Of a stretch of DNA of 64,000 nt, positions 32,560-42,010 are shown one piece after another. The stretch covers positions 863,964-927,963 of the forward strand of contig CAVWFS010000007.1 in the NCBI GenBank assembly GCA_963754315.1, in the 5' to 3' direction. The stretch is from an uncultured Candidatus Rokubacteria bacterium (lineage in GTDB: Bacteria > Methylomirabilota > Methylomirabilia > Rokubacteriales > CSP1-6). The first letter of the stretch is position 1. The number at the start of each line of letters is the position of its first letter. A program made the position numbers and the translations under genes. The notes beneath the pieces were generated by a model. That model was not told the origin of the DNA. It saw only the letters and a program-made list of their open reading frames with translations, and did no database searches.

Positions 32560-35527
32560 TCACTCCATGACGTGATCGGCCCGGAGACGTAGTGACGGCG
32601 GGATCACAATCCCCAGATCCCGGGCAGTTTTCAGTAGGGTCGAGGACTGGCGCAAAGCTCTGTAGGCTCCCCTTGGCTGTATCCGCCGTTTCCAGCTTCG
32701 TGCCCGTTTAGGTTTGCCGTAAGCCGTTTCCAGCCCCCGCCACCTCAAACCCGGCGTGCCGATTTCCGGCACCGGGCTTTCCTGGACGCTTCGTGTCATG
32801 GGTTATGAGACCTATCGCCTGGGAGCGCTTTCAGGCCCGGCTCAGGTACCGCACACGGTAGTCTGCGAACAACCCGAGCGTGGTGTGCAGCCAGGCCGTA
32901 CTCCACCTCTTCCAGCCGAAGCCCCGACGATTCTCGCCCTCATCAAATGGCGTCGAACCCTTCGCTCGACCCACTGCCTCACGAAGGCAAAGCACCGAGT
33001 CGCGTGCCCGATCCGGAAGTAGTTGACCCAGCCCCGCAGTTTCGGGTTGATCTCCGCGATCAACGCCGCCACCGGCTGGGACCGGGCGCGTCGGAACACC
33101 TCCTTGAGCTCCTGCAGCAACGCCGTGCGCTTCTTCACCTTTGGCGTGTAGTGCGGCCGCCAGCGCCCCCGCAGCGAGCGGACGCGCCGGAAGTCGAAGC
33201 CCAAGAATCCGAAGCTCTCCTCCCGATTCAGATCCACAATCCGGCTCTTCTCCTCGTTCAGCCGCACATCGAGTTTGGCCAGCTCCTCTCGGAGCCGTTG
33301 GGCCACCGCCTCCACCAGCCAGTCCTGCCGACGGTCGTTATTCACGAGGATCACCAGATCGTCGGCGTAGCGCGCGTACTCGACGTACGTGTGTGCGCCC
33401 TTGCGCGTGACCTCTTTGGCCCGTTCCAGCATCGCATCCACCTCCGTGAGGTAGATGTTACTGAGCAGGGGGGAAATCACGCCGCCCTGAGGAACCCCGC
33501 GCTTCCCGGCGGCTTTCAGCATCAGCTTCAGCAAGTGCAAGATGTCTCGGTCGGTCACCCGGCGCGCGACTTTGGCGAGCAGCAAATCGTGCCGCACGCT
33601 GTCGAAGTACGCCGCTAAATCAACGTCGATCACCCGCGTCTTGTTGCGCACGATGGCTTCGGCCACCCGGTCGACCGCCTGCTGGGCTGTCCGCTTCGGG
33701 CGGTACCCGTACGACCCGTCGTGAAAGTCCGCTTCGAAGATCGGCGCCAAGATGAGGTTAAGCGCGCCTTGCACCACGCGGTCCCGAATCGGCGGAATAC
33801 CGAGGACGCGCACTCGTCCGTCGCCCTTGGGTATCTCGACGCGCCGGTTCCGCAGTGGCCGGTAGGTGTGGGAGACCAGTTCGTCCCGTAGTTGCGCCAG
33901 AAACGGTTCCACCCCGGCTCCCTCGATGGCCTCGAACGTCACGCCGTCAATCCCTGGCGCGCCGTCGTTCTGCTTGGCCGTCGCATACGCCGCGCGGAGC
34001 GTGTCCAGCTTGCCTACATGAACGTACAAGCCCCAAAACCGCCAGTCCTTCTCGGCCTTCGCCTTGACGTAGAGCCTCCGCCGCAGGTCTTGCAGACTGA
34101 TGGGCGCTGTTGTCATCGCGCCCCTGCCTCCCCTATTGTCGGAGACGCTGCGCACCAGTAGGGCCCCTTCGCTCCACGGGCATTACCCCGCTTCCTCGCT
34201 ACTGGCGGCCCCTCCGTCACCCTCTCGCCGCCCGCCCACTTCCCATCGCTGGTTATAGGGCGAACCTGGCTCCGCTGCTTTCGCAGTGGGGCGAGGAGGG
34301 CTTCTCCAGTCGCTCGACGTGTCCTGGTCACCGTGCCGTCGCTCTCACCCCGCCGGAGCGTCCCCTCGCGTCGGCCAGCTGCGAGGGGCCGTACTGCCTT
34401 CGCCTCTCAACCGTGAGGCTCGGCCTCCGGGGCTTTAGTCTTTCGGGGCCACCTGTGCGTTCACTTCCGTTACGGCCCGGGGACTCACTCACCATCCTTG
34501 CGATGGCTTGGTCGGTGGGCTTCAGAGTCTTGGTTTCCCGCCACCCTGCCACCCGAGTTACGGGGCTCTGGCTCTTACCCCGGCGGGACTGACTCCCGCT
34601 GAACACGTCAGCTTTCTCTGGACGCACGGTTGATGACGACCTCGAACCGGGAAGGCTGCTCTACCGGAAGATCGGCCGGTTTGGCACCCCTGAGAATCTT
34701 ATCCACGAAACCCGCAGCCCGGCGCCAGAGATCGGGAAAGTTCACTCCAAAGCCGAGCAAACCGCCGGCCTTGACGTACTCGATGGAGCCGACCGTGGGC
34801 AGCTTGTGTTTCCTCGCCAAATTTACGATCTCCTCGGCATGAGCGAAAAACACGGCATCGTCATACATCGCCAGTGCACCGGCGCGCTCTTTGACCATGG
34901 CGGTGAACGCGCCAGGGAGATCCGCCGGGGTCCTCGCCTCGACGCGGTGAAGCTGGAGCTTGATTGAGCGAGCGGTATGTTCCATGGCACTGAGAGTCGA
35001 CGCGTTAGCTGGGTTGTCGGGATTGAGGAGGACGCCGACCCGAGTCAAGCCCGGCAGAGCCTCCTTGAGGATCTCCAATCGCTTGGCAGTGAGTTCCGGC
35101 AAGAAAAACGACGACCCGGTGACATTGGCGCCTGGACGTCCGAGGCTTTCAACGAGCCCGGTCGCGACCGCGTCGCCGGCGACTCCCATCACGATCGGGA
35201 TGGTACTTGTCGCGCGCTTGGCGGCGAATGTGCCTGCGGGGGCGTGCGTCACCAATACGTCGGGCTTCCACCGAACCAACTCGACGGCCAACTCAGGCAG
35301 ACGCGCGTAGTTCCCCTCGGCCCAGCGGAACTCGATGATGACGTTTTGCCGTCTACGTAGCCGAGATCCCGAAGCCCTCCGCGGAACGCTTCGACCTGAC
35401 TGGCGTAGCCGGACGGCGAGGTGGCGCCGAGGAACCCGACTCGGTAGGCGCGTGAACCCGGCTGTGCGCTGGTGGAGACGGCGCTGAAGAACACGCTGAC
35501 AGCGACGAGAATGCTAAACGTCAGCAT
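32560..35527 (-). CDS. ABC SBP interrupted by a group II intron (exon 1 about 35527-34628, exon 2 32633-32560); extra frameshift near 35345; start approximate
   Basis: Removing 32634-34627 gives [31 protein letters not shown] in frame. Confidence 0.88.
32634..34627 (-). mobile_element. Group II intron, 1994 nt, En-minus
   Basis: 5' GUGCG; 3' ...CCCUAC; domain V AAAGCCCGGUGCCGGAAAUCGGCACGCCGGGUUU (32747-32780); EBS1 hairpin GCCUC-ACGGUUGA-GAGGC (34402-34419); RT ORF. Confidence 0.95.
32831..34116 (-). CDS. ltrA: Intron-encoded reverse transcriptase/maturase, frameshift near 32932
   Basis: APGIDG, LGIPPIRDRVVQ, GVPQGGVISPLLSN, RYADD, LRGWVNYF; no HNH domain. Confidence 0.95.
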
Positions 35528-35599
35528 CGCTACGTCAATTGCGGCGGCCGACTTCGGCCCTTGGCGTTCTGGAGGAGACGACACCACGCCCACTCTCGC

Positions 35600-35945
35600 T
35601 TCTCTCAAAGCCGACGGGCAGGTCCGCGGCCTGAGCACCGCTGAGGATTTTGTCGACAAAGTAAGCCGCGCGTCGGTAGTTGGCAACGCGGCTTTGCCCG
35701 TATGACATGAGGCCGCCGGCCTCGACATGCTCGCGCAATCCATACATAGCGGGCACGCGACTCTTTGCCGCCAGCTCGGTGAGCCTTGCACGGTGGATGA
35801 TAGACGCGGAGTCTGCTGCGACCAGGAGTGCTTCGGCTCACTCTTCAGCAAGAGAAGAGAAAGCTCGGCGCCGTGACCATCGCCTGCACCTTCGGGCGAA
35901 CAAGCTCGGCCGCGAGGTCCGGCAGTCGACCGAACCGCCCCCTGG
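35600..35945 (-). pseudogene. Internally deleted ABC SBP remnant
   Basis: RLPDLAAELVRPKV and PAMYGLREHVEAGGLMSYG..YRRAAYFVDKIL..ADLPV fragments. Confidence 0.7.
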
Positions 35946-36009
35946 CGCAACCCCACCCGCCCACTCGTTTCATGATGTGGCCGATGCGAGAAACCTTTTG
36001 CCTCGTCGC

Positions 36010-36369
36010 ATGCATCGCATACTCGGCTGGAACCTCGCCTCCAGGAGGACCGTAAAAGACGACCCACACAGCGAGATCGTCAGTGAAGTCTTCGAACCAA
36101 TGCTCGATTCCCGCGGTCACGAAGATGAAGTCTCCGGCTTCGAATGGATCTCGGCGGCCATCGTGAAATAGGACGCCCCGGCCACGCACGATGATGTAGA
36201 CCTCGTCTTGTGGATGCGGCGTCTGGCGGTTTGGGGACACCGGCAGGGAAAGCAACGCTCGGACCGTACCGCGCTGCATGACGGTTACGAAGTGCGCGTC
36301 AGGAGGTCCAGGGATGCGCTTCTGCGCCGCAGCTAGTGGGATCACACGGCTGCGATCTAGGCCGACCAT
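36010..36369 (-). CDS. Cupin domain protein; 3' end uncertain (ORF reads through to 35845)
   Basis: QTPHPQDEVYIIVRGRG..AGIEHWFEDFTDD; RBS GGAGG right after the attC. Confidence 0.8.
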
Positions 36370-36385
36370 GACACTCCTCCGCGCC

Positions 36386-36457
36386 GTCTAACGACCACGT
36401 TGACCGGCCGCGGCGAGCGGATGCGAACCGGCGGTCCGGTCAAACGCGATGTTGGGC
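36386..36457 (-). other. attC-like site (72 bp)
   Basis: Minus strand GCCCAAC-N5-GTTTGACC...GGTCAAC-N6-GTTAGAC, with an extrahelical base in L''. Confidence 0.85.
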
Positions 36458-36470
36458 AGCCGTCGGCGAC

Positions 36471-37442
36471 TCATTCGATCACCTGGTCGGCCCGCAACAG
36501 AAGAGATGGCGGGATCGTGAGCCCAAGCGCCTTGGCAGTCTTCAGGTTGATGACAAAGTGGACGGTGCTCGCCTGCTCGACGGGCAGTTCACTCGGTTTC
36601 GTGCCCCTTAGGATGCGATCCACGCAGTGCGCCGCGCGCCGGTAGACGTGGTCGAGATCGGGGCCCGTAGGCGAACAGGCCGCCCGCCTGAGCAAAATCC
36701 CTGTAGATGGAAACAACGGGCAGCGAGCGATGTGCCGCGTGCTTCAAGAATGGTCCGCGCATACTCGTCATCGCACCGTCGTCCCTGACGAACACCCCCT
36801 GAGCGCCGGCCCGAACGGCCGCCGTAAACGCGTCTGGAAAGTCACTTGGATCTCGGATAGGAAGCCGCTCGAACCGGATTCCCAGCTCGACGGTTCTCCG
36901 TTCGGTCTCGGTGACCACGAAGAGCGCCCCGGGATTGTCGGCTTTATAAAATGCGGCGACGCGAGAGAGGTACGGACTGTCTGCGACAGAGCCTCGATCG
37001 CTTTGGCGGCAAGGACGTCTGGCATGAAGCTCACGCCAGTGACGTTCGCGCCGGGATGCGCAAGGCTGCGGACCAGGCCAGCCTGCACGGGATCGGCTAC
37101 CCGCATGATGACGATCGGGACCGTGTGAGTGGCGTTCTGCGCGGCCTTGGCGGCCGGCGTGTTCACGGCCACAATAACGTCGGCTTTGAGGCGGAGGAGC
37201 TCGGCGATCAACGGCGGGAGGCGATCGCTTCTGCCTTCACCATTCCGTACATCGAGGATGATGCTCTTGCCCTCGACGTACCCGAGCCGCTGGAGCTCAT
37301 CTCGAAATGTCTCCAGCAGGCCCGGTTGTATGTCCTGGGCGAGAACGCCCACGCGAGGCACGGCACGTCGTGGCTGCGCGACAGCCTCGAGCGACCCAAC
37401 GAGGACTGCAGCGCTGGTTAGGAACGCCCGGCGGCTAATCAT
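36471..37442 (-). CDS. ABC SBP between two attC sites, frameshifts near 36960 and 36665
   Basis: MISRRAFL; GLVRSLAHPGANVTG; FVINLKTAKALGLTIPPSLLLRADQVIE*. Confidence 0.85.
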
Positions 37443-37479
37443 CCGTTGACCGGAGTATCCGGCGACACGTCCCGTGTCG

Positions 37480-37539
37480 ACCCAACGCTCAGGCGGAGCG
37501 GCCGGCGTCGCGCCGGACCGCTCAAGCCGGTTGTTCGAC
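37480..37539 (-). other. attC-like site (60 bp)
   Basis: Minus strand GTCGAAC-N5-GCTTGAGC...GCTCCGC-N6-GTTGGGT. Confidence 0.75.
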
Positions 37540-37544
37540 AGCAC

Positions 37545-37845
37545 CGCCTCTGAGCCGTGACCGCCAAAAGCCAGGCCGACGATGAAGGTGCATGGCCGCG
37601 ATGATGTCGATGCGATCAGCCTCGACTCGGTCTAGAAGGCTGTAAGGGACTTTCGGAACTAGAATACGCCGGAGTCGGCAACCAAACGACGCGCAAGACC
37701 TGTGAATTCCAGCAGACGCTCGCACATCCGCTGAGTCGCAAAAATGAAGTCGAGTCCGAGCCCGCGCCGCTGGTCCTCGTAGAATCGAGCGGCCGATGCG
37801 AACTCGTGCTGCACCTCAGAATGAAACCCAACGCTTCCGTTCCGG
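37545..37845 (-). pseudogene. Degenerate RelE/ParE-family toxin
   Basis: FHSEVQHEFASAARFYEDQRRGLGLDF; RRILVPKVPYSL..IIAAMHLHRRPGFWRSR. Confidence 0.75.
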
Positions 37846-38004
37846 ACTTGAGGTCGGCCAGCCGGCGCCCGGCCTCGGCGAGCCAGAGTCGCTCTGCTCG
37901 ACCTCCCGGTCGAGGCCGAAGATGACGCCTTGCGCAAAACAGGCGCGCTCCCGGCGCAAGAGTCTCAGGACCTCCGATTCGAGTTCGCGGGCTCGTCTAG
38001 CCAT
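37816..38004 (-). pseudogene. Degenerate addiction-module antitoxin
   Basis: MARRARELESEVLRLLRRERACFAQ, directly upstream of the toxin. Confidence 0.6.
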
Positions 38005-38073
38005 ACTGGGAGGCTATCACGACTACGCTCGCGTTCGAGTTGCTCGCAGATTGCGCCTCGCGACCCTCCTGCT

Positions 38074-38143
38074 GCCGAACGCCTGCGGTCACCGGCCGGG
38101 GCGAGCAACGCGAGCTCCGGGCCGGTGCACTGCGGAGTTCGAT
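38074..38143 (-). other. attC-like site (70 bp)
   Basis: Minus strand ATCGAAC-N5-AGTGCACC...GGTGACC-N6-GTTCGGC, starting immediately after the TGA at 38144-38146. Confidence 0.75.
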
Positions 38144-38420
38144 TCATCTAAACTCAGCCAGCGCCACGGCGTCGGGACCCGCTGGGAATCGGCGCTGCCT
38201 AGACGAATCGGTCGCAGCGCGCCACACCGCCTCGGCCACGTCGGACTCGTTCGTCACCGCAGCTGGCTGCGTAATCGCAGAAAAGACCGACTGCGCGAAA
38301 AGCGCATACGCCCTGGCGCCGAGCTCCGAAGAGATAGTGCTAAGGCCGGTGACGTTCCCGCCGGGGCACACCTGCTCGGCAGCGAGCTCGGATATCCGCT
38401 CGGCCCTGGCTTCGCCATAG
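38144..38420 (-). pseudogene. Chimeric remnant: SBP fragments joined to an SDR-oxidoreductase-like C-terminus
   Basis: ERISELAAE/PGGNVTGLSTISSELGA followed by DVAEAVWRAATD..RFPAGPDAVAL. Confidence 0.6.
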
Positions 38421-38474
38421 CAGGCTCCACTACGATGTTTTGGCGACCGCGCACTCATGCTCCCGCACGCCTTG

Positions 38475-38556
38475 CTCGAACGCCGCCGCGGCATGCGCGC
38501 CCGACCGAGCCCGGAGGCGAGGAAGTGCGCCCAGCGGGTCGAACGGCATGTTGGGT
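38475..38556 (-). other. Degenerate attC-like site
   Basis: ACCCAAC-N5-GTTCGACC ... GTTCGAG, 25 bp after the SnoaL stop; L' box does not pair. Confidence 0.4.
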
Positions 38557-38581
38557 GGCCTCCCGGAATGACGCCGCGTTC

Positions 38582-38932
38582 TCAGCCCTTGGCCGTAATC
38601 TTGCCGGCGAATGACTGGGCCACGATCTTGCCGTCGCGCACGACGAACGTGTCCGTCCCCACCTCGTACACGTTGTCGGCGGTCTCTGCGGTCCACAAAA
38701 TGTAGGCATAGTCACCATCGACGAACTGCTGCTTCATCTTGAAGGCCGCGCCCGGTTTTCCAAACTCCGCGAACATCGCCTGGAACAACGGCCTGATCGC
38801 GTCGGCGCCCTTGAGTGGTCCGTCCGGCGTGAACAGCACGGCGCCGGGCGCATAGTCGTAAAGAATGCCCTTGAGGTCGCCCTCAGCAAAACACTTCAAG
38901 TGATGGTCGAGAACGTCCTTCGTCGACGCCAT
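38582..38932 (-). CDS. SnoaL/NTF2-like protein
   Basis: VLDHHLKCF..GDLKGILYDY..GTDTFVVRDGKI; RBS AGGAGG. Confidence 0.85.
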   Translation of the reverse strand: MASTKDVLDHHLKCFAEGDLKGILYDYAPGAVLFTPDGPLKGADAIRPLFQAMFAEFGKPGAAFKMKQQFVDGDYAYILWTAETADNVYEVGTDTFVVRDGKIVAQSFAGKITAKG

Positions 38933-39347
38933 GTTCCGGTCCTCCTTACTTGGATCTGGTCGCTCGGTTCAGCAATCGTCGTTCGCCGAGCATCTGTTGC
39001 GTGACCATTATCGATGAACGAGCCACCCCGAGGACTGCGGGCTTACCCCCCCGGACACGGCTCGAGATGTCGTTGGTCCCCCCGAACTACAATCCGGTCT
39101 CGGACTAGCTCGGTCTGCATAGCGCCGTTGAACCTGCTGGACGTCGCAGCGTAGTTCAGTCCGGTCGGCACGCCGGATCGTGGCGAACCGACTTGTGAGA
39201 CGGCCGTTTGCATGCCCGTGGACCGACCGGCCATCGTCCCTGCTACCAGCACGGCCAGCCTTCCGGCTCGGCTATCGTCTCGCCTCGCGACGATCTGGGG
39301 CCCGCTCGTCGGCTACCGCTCCTCCGTGTCGGTCAGGCCTGAAGCTC

Positions 39348-40016
39348 TCAGTCGCGGCCGCGAGTGGTGGCGATGTCGATCTCGTTTCCGGCTGCATCAG
39401 CCAGCGTCCACCACGATGGAGCGAACTCGTCGCGCACCATGCGGCCGCCGGCGGCCAGCGCAGCCGCGATGCGAGCCTCCGCCTGCTCGTACGGCACCCA
39501 TATCGCGACGTGGATCGCGCCGCCGCCGTCCGCGCGCGGCTGATTCATCTGCTCGAACCAGAACCCCGGCCACCGACCGCGCGGATCCACGAGGTCCTCC
39601 GCCGGACTGTCGGTGCGAGGCTCATACCCGAGCGCGGCGCGCCAGAACGGCATCACCTCGGTGGTAGAGGTCGCTCCCGGGATAACGAGCAGGCTCTGAA
39701 CGGCCGACGTGTCAGCAGACAGGCCCAACCGTCGGGCCACCGCCGAGATCTGGCGAGCCATCTCGACGTCGCGCTGGCTCATCCCGTAGTAGTCGTCGGT
39801 GTACGTGATCAGGCGCACGGTCACACCATCGTGTCGCAGGTCAACGTCGGGCTTGTGGTCCTCAACGCCAGGCAACTGACTGATCGCCTGCACGAGCCGC
39901 GCGCTTGCTGCGAACGATCCGGTCCGGAAGTACGCGCACGCGCCGTCGCCGATGACCCGCCAATCTTCGACGCCTTCGGACTCGTGGAACTGCTTCGGCC
40001 TGATCCGGTCGGTCAT
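39348..40016 (-). CDS. Pterin-4a-carbinolamine dehydratase / VOC fusion
   Basis: DHKPDVDLR..RDVEMARQIS; FWRAALGY..WWTLADAAGNE. Confidence 0.8.
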   Translation of the reverse strand: MTDRIRPKQFHESEGVEDWRVIGDGACAYFRTGSFAASARLVQAISQLPGVEDHKPDVDLRHDGVTVRLITYTDDYYGMSQRDVEMARQISAVARRLGLSADTSAVQSLLVIPGATSTTEVMPFWRAALGYEPRTDSPAEDLVDPRGRWPGFWFEQMNQPRADGGGAIHVAIWVPYEQAEARIAAALAAGGRMVRDEFAPSWWTLADAAGNEIDIATTRGRD

Positions 40017-40105
40017 GCAAGCCTCCATGCAACCCATCGCGTCGTAGTTCCAGCTCCTGGAACTGGACGGCCCGTTTATCGTGGGATCAAGGCGCGAGCC
40101 TTTTC

Positions 40106-40543
40106 TTACTGCGCGAGCCTTCGCTCCGGAACATGCTCCACATCGATGCTTGCGACCTCGCCGCCGCGCGCTCCCGCGGTGTACACCGCAACCACGTCTA
40201 GGGTCGCCGTACTCTCGATGACCAGGAATCCTTCGAATCCATGAATCAGATGGATGTCGAAGTCGGAGATGCTCGAGCAGTCGACTCTGGTGGCCGCATC
40301 CCCTTCGAGCTTCTGCTCAACGAATCCGCTGATGTCACCGCTCGCGACGGCCAGCTTCTTGCGGAGGTATGCGGTTTGCCGGTTGGGATTGTGGATGTTG
40401 ACGGCCGTGCGGTAGACGCCGGGCAAAAGGGCCGTCGTGGTTTGAGAGGTCCCGGGGATGTTCTCGGTGCAGAGGAACTTTGCCGCGTACTGAAACCGGT
40501 ACCGGACGGTGGTGGCTCGAGCGGGCGCTTTCCTCTTGGCCAT
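40106..40543 (-). CDS. Hypothetical protein
   Basis: RBS AAGGAG; YAAKFLC, PGVYRTAVNIHNP, GFLVIES..LDVVAVYTA. Confidence 0.7.
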   Translation of the reverse strand: MAKRKAPARATTVRYRFQYAAKFLCTENIPGTSQTTTALLPGVYRTAVNIHNPNRQTAYLRKKLAVASGDISGFVEQKLEGDAATRVDCSSISDFDIHLIHGFEGFLVIESTATLDVVAVYTAGARGGEVASIDVEHVPERRLAQ

Positions 40544-40834
40544 CCTCGTGCTCCTTTCGATGGTCGGGGCCCACAGAGCAGGCCAGCTACGACGCGAGCC
40601 GGTCAGGGCACCGGGATCACCTCGTGCACGACCCGCTGGCCGGCCGGCATCATCATGACATGACCTCCGTCTTCCCGCTGCTCGCATCGATGACCTGCAG
40701 GCTGCCGAGGATGCCGGAGTGTCAAGGCCATCGCCATGTCTGCATCGGCTGGTGTGAATGGCGTCGCCCCTCGCGCCCTTGGCGCGGCTGCGGTAGTATG
40801 CATAGCGGTTCGATTGCCTTCGGAGGGATTGCCG

Positions 40835-41962
40835 ATGACGCGCGCGTACAACGTGATCGACGCGGACGGCCACATCCTCGAGCCGCTCGACCTGTGGGAC
40901 AAGTACATCGATCCCGAATTCCGTGAGCGCCGGCCGCGGTTTGTCATCGACGAAAACGGCAAGGAACGCCTGAGCGTCGAAGGCAAGCTGCTGGGCAATC
41001 CGCGGGGGATCGGCAGCTTGGGTTCCGTCGGCGTCCGGCAGGGGATCGTCAAGGCCAACACCCTGAAATATGCCGAAGGGCGCAGGGGCGGGTTCGATCC
41101 GCACGCGCGCATCGTCGACATGGATGCCGATGGCATCGATGCCGCCTTCCTCTATCCGAGTCTCGGCCTGTTCGCGGGCGCCGTCGAGGATCCCGGCCTT
41201 GCCGCCGGGATGTGCCGCGCCTACAACCGCTGGCTCGCCGATTACTGCAAGCCGTATCCCGAGCGCCTGTTCGGGGTCGCGATGCTGCCGATGCAGTCGG
41301 TCGACCTGGCGGTCGATGAGATGCGCTACGCCCGCGAAAAGCTCGGGATGCGCGGCGGGTTCCTGCGGCCCAACCCTTATCACGGCAAGAAGATGATCAG
41401 CGACCCGATGTACGAGCCGTTCTGGATGATGGCCGAGGAACTCGACTTCTCCATCGGCTTTCACGAGGGATCGACCAACGCGATGCCGACCGTCGGCGTC
41501 GACCGCTTCGAGGAGGACCGCGCGGCGCGCCACATGATCTCGCACACCATGGAGATGATGCTGGTCGCGCTGAGCGTGATCTGGGGCGGTGTCGCCGACC
41601 GTCATCCGCGATTGCGCGTCGCGTTTCTCGAGTCGGGCGGCGGCTGGATCGCGCCGTGGCTCGACCGCATGGACCGGCACTTCGATGACCAGGGCTTCAA
41701 CGAGTCCGCGCCGAAGACGAGGCCGAGCGAACTGTTCCAGCGCAATTGCTGGATCTCGTTCGAGCCGGTCGAAAGCAGCATCGCGGTGCTGGCCGACTAT
41801 ATCGGGCCGCACAAGATTATGTGGGCCACCGACTATCCGCACTCGGACGGCTTCTTCCCGGGCGCGCCGCAGATGCTCAGCGAGCGGCTCGGGTCGCTGT
41901 CCCCCGAGGCGAAGCACCAAGTGCTCGCCGGCGGCGCCCTCGGCTTCTACGGCCTAAGCTGA
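40835..41962 (+). CDS. Amidohydrolase_2 family
   Basis: IDADGHILEP, FLESGGGW, WATDYPHSD. Confidence 0.9.
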   Translation: MTRAYNVIDADGHILEPLDLWDKYIDPEFRERRPRFVIDENGKERLSVEGKLLGNPRGIGSLGSVGVRQGIVKANTLKYAEGRRGGFDPHARIVDMDADGIDAAFLYPSLGLFAGAVEDPGLAAGMCRAYNRWLADYCKPYPERLFGVAMLPMQSVDLAVDEMRYAREKLGMRGGFLRPNPYHGKKMISDPMYEPFWMMAEELDFSIGFHEGSTNAMPTVGVDRFEEDRAARHMISHTMEMMLVALSVIWGGVADRHPRLRVAFLESGGGWIAPWLDRMDRHFDDQGFNESAPKTRPSELFQRNCWISFEPVESSIAVLADYIGPHKIMWATDYPHSDGFFPGAPQMLSERLGSLSPEAKHQVLAGGALGFYGLS

Positions 41963-42010
41963 CCCTGGGGTTCCAGTCGCGGGCCTCATCCGGAAGGCGC
42001 CGTGAGCGAC

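Noticed and set aside
32831..34116. RT as a retron, DGR or defence RT
   Set aside because: It has a maturase domain, GUGCG...AC ends, domains V/VI and precise exon restoration; no TR/VR pair or msr/msd was seen.
36386..38556. CRISPR array
   Set aside because: Palindromes differ in sequence and are separated by gene-sized intervals; no cas genes.
39081..39160. Fifth attC (GAACTAC...GTAGTTC)
   Set aside because: Only the outer 7 bp pair; no convincing L boxes.
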